Shown here: positions 25,257-33,695 of the stretch, piece by piece
Layout of the letters: every line of letters starts with the position of its first letter
How positions within the stretch are numbered: position 1 is the stretch's first letter
Origin: a virus
Length of the DNA stretch: 64,000 nt
IMG/VR virus record: IMGVR_UViG_3300003323_001142
Location: 26,297-90,296 of that record
Reading direction: 5' to 3' (one strand)
Made by a program: the position numbers and the translations under genes
The notes under the pieces: generated by a model
What the model was told of the DNA's origin: nothing
Database searches by the model: none
The model's input: only the letters and a program-made list of their open reading frames with translations

Positions 25257-25804
25257 CCCTGAAGGTGATCCTGGGAGTTGCTGCGGCGCTGATGCTTTTC
25301 GGCGTGCTTGGCGTGGGCTGCGTGATCGGGTTCAACAACGACTGCGTGCAGCAGGAGGCTGGGCTGACGGCGCAGTATTCCCAGAACCAGAACAACTATT
25401 CGAGCTACTTCAATAAGCTGAAGGAGACGGCGCAGGTGCCGGGCATGTACGCGGCAGACCTCGAGAAGCTCTACACCGGAGCCATCCAGGGTCGATACGG
25501 CGAAGGTGGATCCAAGGCGGTCGTTCAATTCATCCAGGAACACAACCCGTCGCTCGATGCGAAGATGTACACGCAGATCCAGCAGGTCATCGAGTCCGGC
25601 CGCGACGCGTTCGAGGCCGACCAAAAGACCCTACTCGACAAGAAGCGCGTCTACGAAGTTAAGCTCCACTCGTTCCCAGGCTCGATGCTCGCCAGCATGA
25701 TGGGATACCCCAGGGTCGACCTGGCCAAGATCGACATCGTGACCAACGACGAGACACAGAAGGCGTTCGATACGAAGAAGGCTGGGCCGATAACGGTTCG
25801 GTGA
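25247..25804 (+). CDS. LemA-like membrane-anchored helical protein
   Basis: N-terminal TM; QEAGLTAQY..QIQQVIESGR..QKTLLDKKRVYE..FPGSMLASMMGYP. Confidence 0.75.
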   Translation: MSMTLKVILGVAAALMLFGVLGVGCVIGFNNDCVQQEAGLTAQYSQNQNNYSSYFNKLKETAQVPGMYAADLEKLYTGAIQGRYGEGGSKAVVQFIQEHNPSLDAKMYTQIQQVIESGRDAFEADQKTLLDKKRVYEVKLHSFPGSMLASMMGYPRVDLAKIDIVTNDETQKAFDTKKAGPITVR

Positions 25805-25821
25805 GCGCGAAAGGACCGGCG

Positions 25822-26058
25822 ATGAGCGATAGGATCCGTGGCTTCGTGGTCACGCTGACGGAAGACATCACGCAAGAGCAGGCAGACCGAATCGAGAGCG
25901 CGTTGCGGCTGCTTCCGAAAGTCGCAAGCGTCGCGAAGGCCGAGTCGGACTACGCATCGCAGATGGCGGAAGAACGTGTTCGCCAAGACATCTGGTTGCA
26001 ATTGCTTCGGCTGGCATTCCCGGTGGTCCATGAAAAGAAGGCGGCGGACGAGCGATGA
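25822..26058 (+). CDS. Conserved small phage protein
   Basis: MSDRIRGFVVTLTEDI..IESALRLL..VASV. Confidence 0.7.
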   Translation: MSDRIRGFVVTLTEDITQEQADRIESALRLLPKVASVAKAESDYASQMAEERVRQDIWLQLLRLAFPVVHEKKAADER

Positions 26059-26417
26059 CGATCTGGTCCACTCTCGCAAGCCTGCTCGGGGTCCGTGACG
26101 ACCAGGTGGACGACGCACTCGCATCCGAGCAGTGCGCACGTCACACACTGAGCCGAAGGGGGCTCTTGCTCGGCGCGGCGTCGGTGGCGCCTATGCTGGC
26201 GACGAGTCGAACGTGGTCCTTGCCGGCGATGTCTCGCCGCCCGCGGGCTCGGCTCCGCACATACACGGATGCGACCATCTATCTCAGCGGGACCCGCATG
26301 TTCGAAAGGCGGGTGTCGTACGAGCCAAGCGTTTCTCTGGATGGCATTACCTTCGTGAAGCCGACGATGACTTGGCAGCCCATCGAACTAACCCTTGGCG
26401 CGGTAGGGCTTAAATGA
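26055..26417 (+). CDS. Hypothetical protein
   Basis: Coupled ORF; internal LSRRGLLLGAA Tat-like segment. Confidence 0.55.
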   Translation: MTIWSTLASLLGVRDDQVDDALASEQCARHTLSRRGLLLGAASVAPMLATSRTWSLPAMSRRPRARLRTYTDATIYLSGTRMFERRVSYEPSVSLDGITFVKPTMTWQPIELTLGAVGLK

Positions 26418-26713
26418 CGTGGTTCCTCAGCCTCAGTGACGCGGCGCTGGCCCTCGCGATCTGGCTGCTCTGGCTATCGAATAAGCGGCGGCAGGACGCA
26501 GCCAACGAGGCGCTCAAGGCGGCAGTCCGCGGAGTCCTGCGGCTGCAAAGAAAGGATCGTCGGGAACTTCGCAGGCGCCTGGACGCAGCGGTCGGTCTTG
26601 GGCTTCACGCGCATCGGCGAATCGACGAGCTGACGGAGGATGAGGACGAGGAGCCGGAGGTCGTGTGCGAGTGTGTCGCGTGCGCGAAGTGGAAGGTGGA
26701 GCGGTGGAACTGA
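26414..26713 (+). CDS. Hypothetical protein with N-terminal TM and coiled coil
   Basis: ALALAIWLLWL; C-terminal CECVAC. Confidence 0.6.
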   Translation: MTWFLSLSDAALALAIWLLWLSNKRRQDAANEALKAAVRGVLRLQRKDRRELRRRLDAAVGLGLHAHRRIDELTEDEDEEPEVVCECVACAKWKVERWN

Positions 26714-26751
26714 CGATGGTCTCCGGCACACAGGAGAGCAACGGGCGATAG

Positions 26752-28638
26752 ATGGGCGCAGCCGTGGCGATCGAACCTCTTCCCGAACAGCCGACCGAGG
26801 TGCCGGAGCGGAGACTCTCGCCCGCGGAAGAGGCGAGGCTTGTTCGGGAGAACCAAGGCCTCGTGCACTTCTTCGCGCGACGCCAGAAAACGACCAGCTA
26901 CGACGACGCTGTCCAGGCTGGGATGATCGGTCTGCTGATAGCGATCAGGAAATTTGAGCCAGAGCGCGGCCTCAAGCTGTCGACCTATGCCCAATATTGG
27001 ATCCGCCAAGCCATCGATCGACAGGGATTCGCCGAAGACCCGAAGGGAGATACGCCGAATCTGGCGCGCACCCGGTATAAGATTCGCGAAGCGACCAAAC
27101 AGCTAAAGGCGGAAGGCGTTGAGCGGCCGACCATTGCGCAGGTAGGCGAACGAGCAAAGATATTCCCGGCGACTGTGGCGGCAGCGCTCGAATGGCGCAG
27201 CGCGCACGTCAGTTCCTTGGATGCGCCCATCGGGGAGGACGACGGCGCGGCGCTTGTGGACATGGTTCCCGACGATGGCGCCGGGCCAGAGTCGGTCGTA
27301 GCCGAATCCGAGGCCATGGCTATGTTGCGCAAGCAGCTGGATTGTTTCTCGCGTATGTTGCCGCCACGAGAGGCGATTGTTCTGAAAGAGCGGCTCCTAG
27401 CTGAGCAGCCCTCAGGACAAAGAGAGGTGGGCGAGCGCATCAAGCGAACCAAGCAGCGCGTTCAGCAGCTTGAGACAACTGTACTCGATAAGCTTCAGAA
27501 GTACATGCGAAGAGTGCACAGAGAGGATTTCGACGTGCGTGCGGCATTGGCTGCTCCGGTTACGAAACTTAGGCCACAGTCGTTCGGCCAGCCAATAGAG
27601 GCATTATTGGATAGACCCGAGCCGGCGCCTGTGCGCTCGGTTCCGGTCGCAGCAAATGCGGTCAGTGTGCCTGCGGCGAAAGCGCGGGGGTATAAGGTCC
27701 CAACCTGCGCGAAGTGTGGCGCACCGCTGTCCGTCCGATCGTTACAGCAAGGATATGACCGCTGTGGCGTATGTCGTCAACGCGGTCCCGAGAAGCACCA
27801 GGATCGGGCCATTCCGGATAATCCTGTGAGTGGCTCGGGTCGGGCTCGGGCGCCAGGTACGGGGAACGTGTGGCACAAGAAGGGGCGCTGGTATGCGAAG
27901 GAGCCGGAATCGATCCAGGATGGCAGGCGGTTCGCGCGATACATCGGCTCGTTTGCGACGGCGGAAGAGGCGCACGCAGCGTGCGATAAGTGGGTCGAAG
28001 AGAACGGTGGCCCGAAAGTGGAGCGGGTTCTTCCGACGTGCAACGAACCCGGATGTTCAACCTTTCTGAACCAGCGAAGCCTTGAGGCTGGCGATGGGCT
28101 GTGCGGAGTACACCGACGGGATCGAAAGAAGATGGCCGAGCGGGCGAAGGGTGAAGTGGTTGCGGGCGGGCCATCGGCAATCACGGCGTTGGCTGTGGTC
28201 GATCGTGGTCCGAGCGGAACCGAAGAGCGAACGGAGCCGGCGGTAGATACGATTGCTAGCGTCCGCGCGTTTCTCGCAAAGCGCGATGAGCTAAGGGGTA
28301 AACTCGAGAGCGAGTTACAGGCGGCCAAGGCTCGTGTGCGCGAGATCGAGGACCTGCTGGCCGAGTTTGGCGGATCGTCTGCGCGTCCGATTGTGAGGGC
28401 CGAGCGGACCACGGCTCCGTCGGCGCGAACTGAACGCAGGCAGCTTATCAAGGAGTTCGTAATCAACGCGCTGGGCGATAACCGTGGTCCGATGAAGGGG
28501 GCCGAGGTTGTGCACATCGTTCAAAGAATCGACAGCTCGATCCACCACACGTCGGTCTACCAAGCTCTGTATGCGCTGCACCGAGAGCGGAGAATCTGTG
28601 CGGATGACGGGCAGAATCGATACTGGCTGCGGGCATGA
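26752..28638 (+). CDS. Sigma-70 family RNA polymerase sigma factor (RpoD/RpoH-like regions 2-4) with a ~375-aa multidomain C-terminal extension
   Basis: DDAVQAGMIGLLIAIRKFEPERGLKLSTYAQYWIRQAI; SSLDAPIGED; LPPREAIVL..QREVGERIKRTKQRVQQLE. Confidence 0.92.
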   Translation: MGAAVAIEPLPEQPTEVPERRLSPAEEARLVRENQGLVHFFARRQKTTSYDDAVQAGMIGLLIAIRKFEPERGLKLSTYAQYWIRQAIDRQGFAEDPKGDTPNLARTRYKIREATKQLKAEGVERPTIAQVGERAKIFPATVAAALEWRSAHVSSLDAPIGEDDGAALVDMVPDDGAGPESVVAESEAMAMLRKQLDCFSRMLPPREAIVLKERLLAEQPSGQREVGERIKRTKQRVQQLETTVLDKLQKYMRRVHREDFDVRAALAAPVTKLRPQSFGQPIEALLDRPEPAPVRSVPVAANAVSVPAAKARGYKVPTCAKCGAPLSVRSLQQGYDRCGVCRQRGPEKHQDRAIPDNPVSGSGRARAPGTGNVWHKKGRWYAKEPESIQDGRRFARYIGSFATAEEAHAACDKWVEENGGPKVERVLPTCNEPGCSTFLNQRSLEAGDGLCGVHRRDRKKMAERAKGEVVAGGPSAITALAVVDRGPSGTEERTEPAVDTIASVRAFLAKRDELRGKLESELQAAKARVREIEDLLAEFGGSSARPIVRAERTTAPSARTERRQLIKEFVINALGDNRGPMKGAEVVHIVQRIDSSIHHTSVYQALYALHRERRICADDGQNRYWLRA

Positions 28639-28653
28639 TTGGAGCGAAATCGA

Positions 28654-29343
28654 ATGGGTGATGTAACGAGAAATAAGGCAGAGGACGGGATACTCATGAG
28701 AGCCAGCTGGTGCAACGACTTCGATCTCGAGCTCGCGTCGTATTTCGGCGGCGCCTACGAATCCGCGCTCGGCCTGCATGCCGCCGGCCTGGAGCCGAGC
28801 GGGCAAAGCGACCCATCGGGCAAGCTGCCGCCGGCGACGGCGCGGTCAGCCCACAAGGACATGACTCTTGTGGAGGCCGCGCTCGCTCGTCTCAGCCCCG
28901 ACACTGTCCGCGTGATTGCGCTTCGGTACGCCCCCAGGAAGTTCTCCCACTTCGAAGGCCTGTCCGAATTCGGGGAGTTCGCCAGAATCGCTTTGGTGAC
29001 AAAGACCGCAATCGAGATCGGCGATGAGTGGAGGGGCAAGGCGCTGGAGGCCGAACTGACTCGATTGCCAGCCGACGACACCGACGGCATCGCCTCAGTC
29101 CGGAAGCGATTCGACCGCGCACCGCAGATGGGCGAGATCCAGGAGGCTCTCCGGTTCCTGCAACGCACCCGCAAATCCGGCACCAACGGTGCTACGATCG
29201 ACAAGATCGTGACGGAAGCGAAGGAGTTATGGTCGCTGGCAAAACGCCAATACGCAAAGGCCAGAAGCGGGGCAGCCGGCGCGATCGACGAAGACGAAAT
29301 GCAGACGGACGTGGAGCGGTTCCGAAGGAGGCTCGGGCTGTGA
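28654..29343 (+). CDS. Hypothetical protein (position of a late-gene regulator)
   Basis: Long helical ORF directly after the sigma gene. Confidence 0.65.
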   Translation: MGDVTRNKAEDGILMRASWCNDFDLELASYFGGAYESALGLHAAGLEPSGQSDPSGKLPPATARSAHKDMTLVEAALARLSPDTVRVIALRYAPRKFSHFEGLSEFGEFARIALVTKTAIEIGDEWRGKALEAELTRLPADDTDGIASVRKRFDRAPQMGEIQEALRFLQRTRKSGTNGATIDKIVTEAKELWSLAKRQYAKARSGAAGAIDEDEMQTDVERFRRRLGL

Positions 29344-29684
29344 CGCTCGCCATGGTTTCGGACGACGACTTCCTCGTTCGGCTGGAAGCAATCACGCCAG
29401 GAGTCGTCGAGCAAGCCCGTAAGGCCAACACGGAACGGACGCGCAAGCGGTCGCTGGCTGACCAAGTCCGCGAGGACGTGGCCGAGCTCGCGGAGGCGTC
29501 GGAGTCCGTTGTGCTCGCTGACGCCGCATTCGGGCTGAGACGATACAGCGACGAACCCGCCGAGCGGCTCCCGAGATTCGTCCCCGAGATCGGAAAGAGA
29601 CTATGCGGTGGATGTGGCCGGATGCTCGCCATCGCACGATTCGAAGGCCCGAGCCGACGCTGTCGCGTATGCGGTGACCGATGA
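29340..29684 (+). CDS. Hypothetical protein with C-terminal Zn finger
   Basis: CGGC..CRVC; coupled at both ends. Confidence 0.6.
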   Translation: MTLAMVSDDDFLVRLEAITPGVVEQARKANTERTRKRSLADQVREDVAELAEASESVVLADAAFGLRRYSDEPAERLPRFVPEIGKRLCGGCGRMLAIARFEGPSRRCRVCGDR

Positions 29685-30121
29685 GCGGCGAGCGGTACAT
29701 GACGCCGTTGCAGGCGGCTCGCTCGCTCGGGTGGGAGGGGTCGAGCCGCGACGCCATGCGCCGATTCAAGGACGCTGTCTTCGCCAAGGAGCGGCAACTT
29801 CGGCGACAGATCTTCATCCGCAAGGGCAGCACCGGCAGGGGTGTGCGATACCTCATTACCAGGCCCCTGATGCGCAAGTGGCTCGCGGAGCTGTTCGATG
29901 ACACCGACCGGATGCTGGCGAGTGTCCGCAAGGCCCACGAGGAGATCGACAAGCGGCTGACGCGGTCAACGCTGCGGGAGGACGCTCTGCTCGAGGCCTA
30001 CCAGCGGCTCGAAGCGAGGGTGCGAGCGCTTGAGGGCAAGTTGCAAATAGTTCCCAACGGTGATTCGAAACGCACCATTTTTGAGGGGCGGGGTGTCGGC
30101 GGCGAAAGCCGAGGCGGCTGA
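29681..30121 (+). CDS. Excisionase/MerR-like HTH protein with coiled coil
   Basis: YMTPLQAARSLGW..VRYLITRPLMRKWL. Confidence 0.6.
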   Translation: MSGERYMTPLQAARSLGWEGSSRDAMRRFKDAVFAKERQLRRQIFIRKGSTGRGVRYLITRPLMRKWLAELFDDTDRMLASVRKAHEEIDKRLTRSTLREDALLEAYQRLEARVRALEGKLQIVPNGDSKRTIFEGRGVGGESRGG

Positions 30122-30240
30122 AGTCGTCTCGGGCAGCGCTGTCCTCCTCGCTACTCTGCTCTCTCTGTCACCACGCACACCCGCGAGGGGAGATAGAGGG
30201 GGCCATACAAGTTTCTTGTCAAGATAAATCGACCGGGTCA

Positions 30241-30498
30241 ATGCAAACTGGCGCCGAGCTATCTGGAAAGGACGCTCGCATTCTCAGCCTCTCTCTCCCC
30301 GACCCCGCTCCCCGCAAAGACCCCACATTGCCCGTAGCGACAGCCTGCCTCCCCGCTGGCGCCGGCACCTTCGAGGTCTGCTTCTCTTCGCTCAAAGACC
30401 CCGTGGTCATCTGCTCACACGATACCCCCGACGGATCGCTGGCCTGTGCCGCGAATCGAGGCCGGGGGGCTTTTCTTCGTTTGAGGCCTGCGGCTTGA
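30241..30498 (+). CDS. Hypothetical protein
   Basis: ORF only; coupled to the next ORF. Confidence 0.4.
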   Translation: MQTGAELSGKDARILSLSLPDPAPRKDPTLPVATACLPAGAGTFEVCFSSLKDPVVICSHDTPDGSLACAANRGRGAFLRLRPAA

Positions 30499-30749
30499 AG
30501 GCCAGAATTCCCATCCCCGACCCCCGCTCCGGCCTCGCCCCCTCCCGGCGCAAGCTGCGGCCCGAACTCCCCTCGCAGGACCCCAAGCTCCTCGTGGCCG
30601 GCGGGAGCCTGCTGCCGTCGATGCCGCGGCCGCTGAAGCCGCCGGGGGCGCGGAGCCGGTTCGGCAGCACGGCCGAATTCGCCGCCGCAGCCGAAGCCGA
30701 CGGGTTCGTGCCGCATGGGGTGCCCAGGGTGCGAACGGTGACCCCATGA
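30495..30749 (+). CDS. Hypothetical protein
   Basis: TTGA coupling. Confidence 0.4.
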   Translation: MKARIPIPDPRSGLAPSRRKLRPELPSQDPKLLVAGGSLLPSMPRPLKPPGARSRFGSTAEFAAAAEADGFVPHGVPRVRTVTP

Positions 30750-30884
30750 CCATCACCGACCAACTCTGCCTGACTGGCTGCCCGAGCTGGAACGCGAGCT
30801 AGCTGCCCAAGCGTTCGTCATCACCATCCCCGAGCTCGGCGGGGCCGCTGTGACCAGTTCGAACCCTCCGGGGAATTCGGAGAG

Positions 30885-31187
30885 TTGCCAGTAACCGCCA
30901 CGCTACTTGGACTCAGCCGCTCCCCCGGTGGCCACTCTGCCGCTATCTTGGCGGATGGCCGAGTGCTCCACATTCGGTTCCCGTATCACGAACTCGACCA
31001 GTGGCGTCAGGCATTGCGGGGTGAATTGCGAGCCGAGATGAAAGAGCACGCGGTGGAGACGAACGAACGAAATCCTCCCCCGACTTCCCCCGCTACACCG
31101 GCCTCCCCGCCCGCTCCACAGTGGCAACGTCCGCACCCGCCGCCGAACCGGACTGGGGGCGGTACACGGGGGCGAGGGGGGTGGTGA
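30885..31187 (+). CDS. Hypothetical protein, Pro-rich C-terminus
   Basis: GGAG SD, TTG start; coupled to the next gene. Confidence 0.5.
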   Translation: MPVTATLLGLSRSPGGHSAAILADGRVLHIRFPYHELDQWRQALRGELRAEMKEHAVETNERNPPPTSPATPASPPAPQWQRPHPPPNRTGGGTRGRGGW

Positions 31188-31696
31188 AGCAGACTCGCAG
31201 CAGCGCGTGGTCAGCGTTCGTCGATGAACTCAACGCGGAATACGCCCATCAACTCGACAAGCTGATCGACGAAGCCGAGCTCCGGGGGATACAGCCTCTC
31301 AGGTTCCAGCCTTACAGCGGCTTCGCTGGAGGTCTGGCACTGCCGCGGCCCGAGATGGTCGTCGGCACGAGCTATCGTGCTGGCTCAAACGACTGGAACT
31401 TCGGCCAGGGAACCAACAGCTCAATTCGGGAGGAGATCGCTCCTGGCGTCTGCTCCCACCCCGCCGCCGAGTCAGCGTGGCGCACCCCCACGCCGGCCGA
31501 ATGGCAAGAGTGCTTCCGACGGGCAGTCGAGGCGCTCCGCTCGGTATCCAAGGCCGAACCCGCGGCAACGCCCGACCAAGTCCGGAACACGCTGCTCAGC
31601 AATCTCGCCAAGTACGAGTCCGCCGGATACTTGGAAACGGCCACCGGCGAAGAACTCGACGAGATTGCTCGGGCAAACGGCGCCCCATCACGATGA
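31184..31696 (+). CDS. Hypothetical protein
   Basis: Coupled ORF; ends in YLETATGEELDEIARANG. Confidence 0.6.
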   Translation: MKQTRSSAWSAFVDELNAEYAHQLDKLIDEAELRGIQPLRFQPYSGFAGGLALPRPEMVVGTSYRAGSNDWNFGQGTNSSIREEIAPGVCSHPAAESAWRTPTPAEWQECFRRAVEALRSVSKAEPAATPDQVRNTLLSNLAKYESAGYLETATGEELDEIARANGAPSR

Positions 31697-32094
31697 CCAT
31701 CGCCGTCCTCCAGGAGTGCAGCAGCTCGGCCGAATCCTACGTCCACCACGTGGTGCTCACGCCGTCAGTCGTGCTGGATCCGGTAAGCGAGCCCGCCCAC
31801 AACGTCGTCTGCCTCCTATCGCCTAATGTGTTCGAGGCGTCTGTCTCTGACTCGGACGGCAACGCCTACGAACAGATTCGCTCCGGTTGGACAGTCGAGC
31901 CCGAATTCGGCAAGGTCTTCGGCCGCCTCTATCGAGCCAAGAATGTGGTTGAGTCTTCGAACCCGACCGCAATCGACGCTGAGGCGACCTGCGCGGAAGC
32001 GACCAGGGCCAATTACGTGCAGATGTTCGCATTCAGAATTGAGGCGTCCCCGGATGTCGCCTGGTTCTTCGAGACTGAGGCCGCTGGTCAATGA
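31693..32094 (+). CDS. Hypothetical protein
   Basis: ATGA coupling at both ends. Confidence 0.6.
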   Translation: MTIAVLQECSSSAESYVHHVVLTPSVVLDPVSEPAHNVVCLLSPNVFEASVSDSDGNAYEQIRSGWTVEPEFGKVFGRLYRAKNVVESSNPTAIDAEATCAEATRANYVQMFAFRIEASPDVAWFFETEAAGQ

Positions 32095-32186
32095 TCCACC
32101 TCTTCAACGCCGCCGCATCTGCCCTCAACGCCATCTCCTCGGCCATCATGTGGGCGCGGAAGCGGCGGGTCGAGCGTAGCCGATGA
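32091..32186 (+). CDS. 31-aa amphipathic peptide with basic tail (not in ORF track)
   Basis: MIHLFNAAASALNAISSAIMWARKRRVERSR; ATGA overlaps at both ends. Confidence 0.45.
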   Translation: MIHLFNAAASALNAISSAIMWARKRRVERSR

Positions 32187-32422
32187 GCGCGTCCGTTCTT
32201 CGAGAGCGAATGAACACGAACGAGCCAGCGAACGAGCCACCCGACGACGACAAAGCTCCGTCAACCAAACCCGACCCCACCGTCGAAGTCCGCTTCGCCG
32301 CCTGGCTCCAAAGCCTGGACCAAGCCGACCGGCTCGCGGTGCTGCACCGGCTGCCGTTCTGCTTCGGGTGTGGCGCCCAGCCGGGGTCGGGGGAGATTTG
32401 TATTTGCCGGGTGGAGGCGTAG
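32183..32422 (+). CDS. Hypothetical protein with C-terminal Cys cluster
   Basis: FCFGCG..ICIC. Confidence 0.55.
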   Translation: MSASVLRERMNTNEPANEPPDDDKAPSTKPDPTVEVRFAAWLQSLDQADRLAVLHRLPFCFGCGAQPGSGEICICRVEA

Positions 32423-32501
32423 TGCTTATGGGAAGAGCCTCAGCCGGAGACGTATTGGCGCACTTTCTGTCAAAGCGCTCCGGCTGAGCCTTTCAATCGA
32501 G

Positions 32502-32708
32502 ATGCACGCAAAGAAGCGCGTCCCCGTCGAACTCTCCCCTGGCGCGTATGAGAAGCTGGGCGAGACCCGAGCGCTTGCCGGCGTCTCATCGAACGCCGAG
32601 GTGCTCAGGCATGCGCTGCGGCTCTACGAATACCTGCATCGGCAGAAGGCCGACGGGTGGTCCGTTCACCTAGTGAAGGACGACCGGGCCAAAGAGCTGG
32701 TGTTCTAG
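32502..32708 (+). CDS. Ribbon-helix-helix (CopG-like) protein
   Basis: KRVPVELSPGAYEKL..SSNAEVLRHALRLYEYL. Confidence 0.75.
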   Translation: MHAKKRVPVELSPGAYEKLGETRALAGVSSNAEVLRHALRLYEYLHRQKADGWSVHLVKDDRAKELVF

Positions 32709-32764
32709 GTATATATACCTTTGCGCGAATCGCGCGTTGGCGGTCGCTGGGTATATATACCCAG
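32707..32764. promoter_or_regulatory. Triple-palindrome protein-binding cassette
   Basis: AGGTATATATACCT (32707-32720), GCGCGA-A-TCGCGC (32723-32735), CTGGGTATATATACCCAG (32747-32764). Confidence 0.7.
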
Positions 32765-32869
32765 GATCGTTCGCCTCTGCCCTCGGCAGGGAGCCGGCCC
32801 TTGTAGCGCTGGCGAGACGGGTCGGCACCGTCTGGAGGCTCCGCGTTGCTGTAAAGCCCAGGAGGCGCC

Positions 32870-33052
32870 ATGGTCGGACCTGCTGATGACAGGCAACGCC
32901 CCCTTTTGTTGAACGAGATGCTCGACGACGCCGACGAACTCGACCTGGTCCCCGCCGACTACTGGCCCCGGATGATGGCGCTGCTCGAGCGGGCGCCGGT
33001 CGCCGAAGAGGGTGACATCGAGGGGGATGAGGCGGTGGAGCCGTTGTTGTGA
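32870..33052 (+). CDS. Small acidic hypothetical protein
   Basis: GGAGG SD. Confidence 0.55.
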   Translation: MVGPADDRQRPLLLNEMLDDADELDLVPADYWPRMMALLERAPVAEEGDIEGDEAVEPLL

Positions 33053-33237
33053 TGCAGACAGTCTGGGAATACATCACCGTGCCTGGTCCCGGCGCCAAGA
33101 CCACCGAAGACTTCGCGACGTATCTGAACGGGATGGGCTCGCAGGGATGGGAGCTCGTGCAGGCCTGTGCGGCCAGCACGGCGTTGCCGCCCGTCGTGTT
33201 CTTCCTCATGTTCAAGAGACCGAAGCATCAGCCTTGA
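33052..33237 (+). CDS. DUF4177-like small protein
   Basis: WEYITV..LNGMGSQGWELVQ..FKRP. Confidence 0.75.
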   Translation: MQTVWEYITVPGPGAKTTEDFATYLNGMGSQGWELVQACAASTALPPVVFFLMFKRPKHQP

Positions 33238-33467
33238 TTCGCCGTCCCGACGCGAAAACCTGGGCCCAGCGGGCAAGAGAACGCCCCGTCCCCACCCCCA
33301 AGCCCGCCAACGACGTGCCCGAGGTCATCGACCTTGCGGCCTGGCGGCAGGCGGTGCGCAGGCAGGAGCGGGAGCAGGTCCGGGAGGAGCGGGAGGACCT
33401 GGTCGGCGCGTATGAAGCGGAGGTCGATCGGGGGATGGGGCGGAGGATTTTGAGGACGTGGGTGTGA
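33234..33467 (+). CDS. Hypothetical protein
   Basis: TTGA coupling; VIDLAAWR. Confidence 0.5.
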   Translation: MIRRPDAKTWAQRARERPVPTPKPANDVPEVIDLAAWRQAVRRQEREQVREEREDLVGAYEAEVDRGMGRRILRTWV

Positions 33468-33695
33468 TGGGCAAGACGATGCGGCTGGCGAGTGCTATGG
33501 ATCGGCCATGAGTTGGCCGATGCCAGGGTTCGTTATGAGCATCGACGTAACCGCCTCGTCGCGAGCCGACGAGACGGTCGTTGCAGTCACGAATCGGCGC
33601 GGGCAGATAGGCATGTACCGGCCGCTGACCAAGAAGAGATCGGGTCCGAAGAAACTGTCGGCAATCGCCGAGAAGTATTGGCGAGGGCTGGGCCG

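Noticed and set aside
30217-30222. Minus-strand TTGACA (also at 32468-32473)
   Set aside because: No acceptable -10 element at 16-18 bp spacing
30838-30900. tRNA-like fragment (GTTCGAACCC ... CCGCCA)
   Set aside because: The T-arm stem does not pair and no cloverleaf can be built; only a small CTCCG/CGGAG hairpin is present
32707-32764. Protelomerase (tel) site interpretation
   Set aside because: Not one long inverted repeat, and no protelomerase gene was recognised in the window
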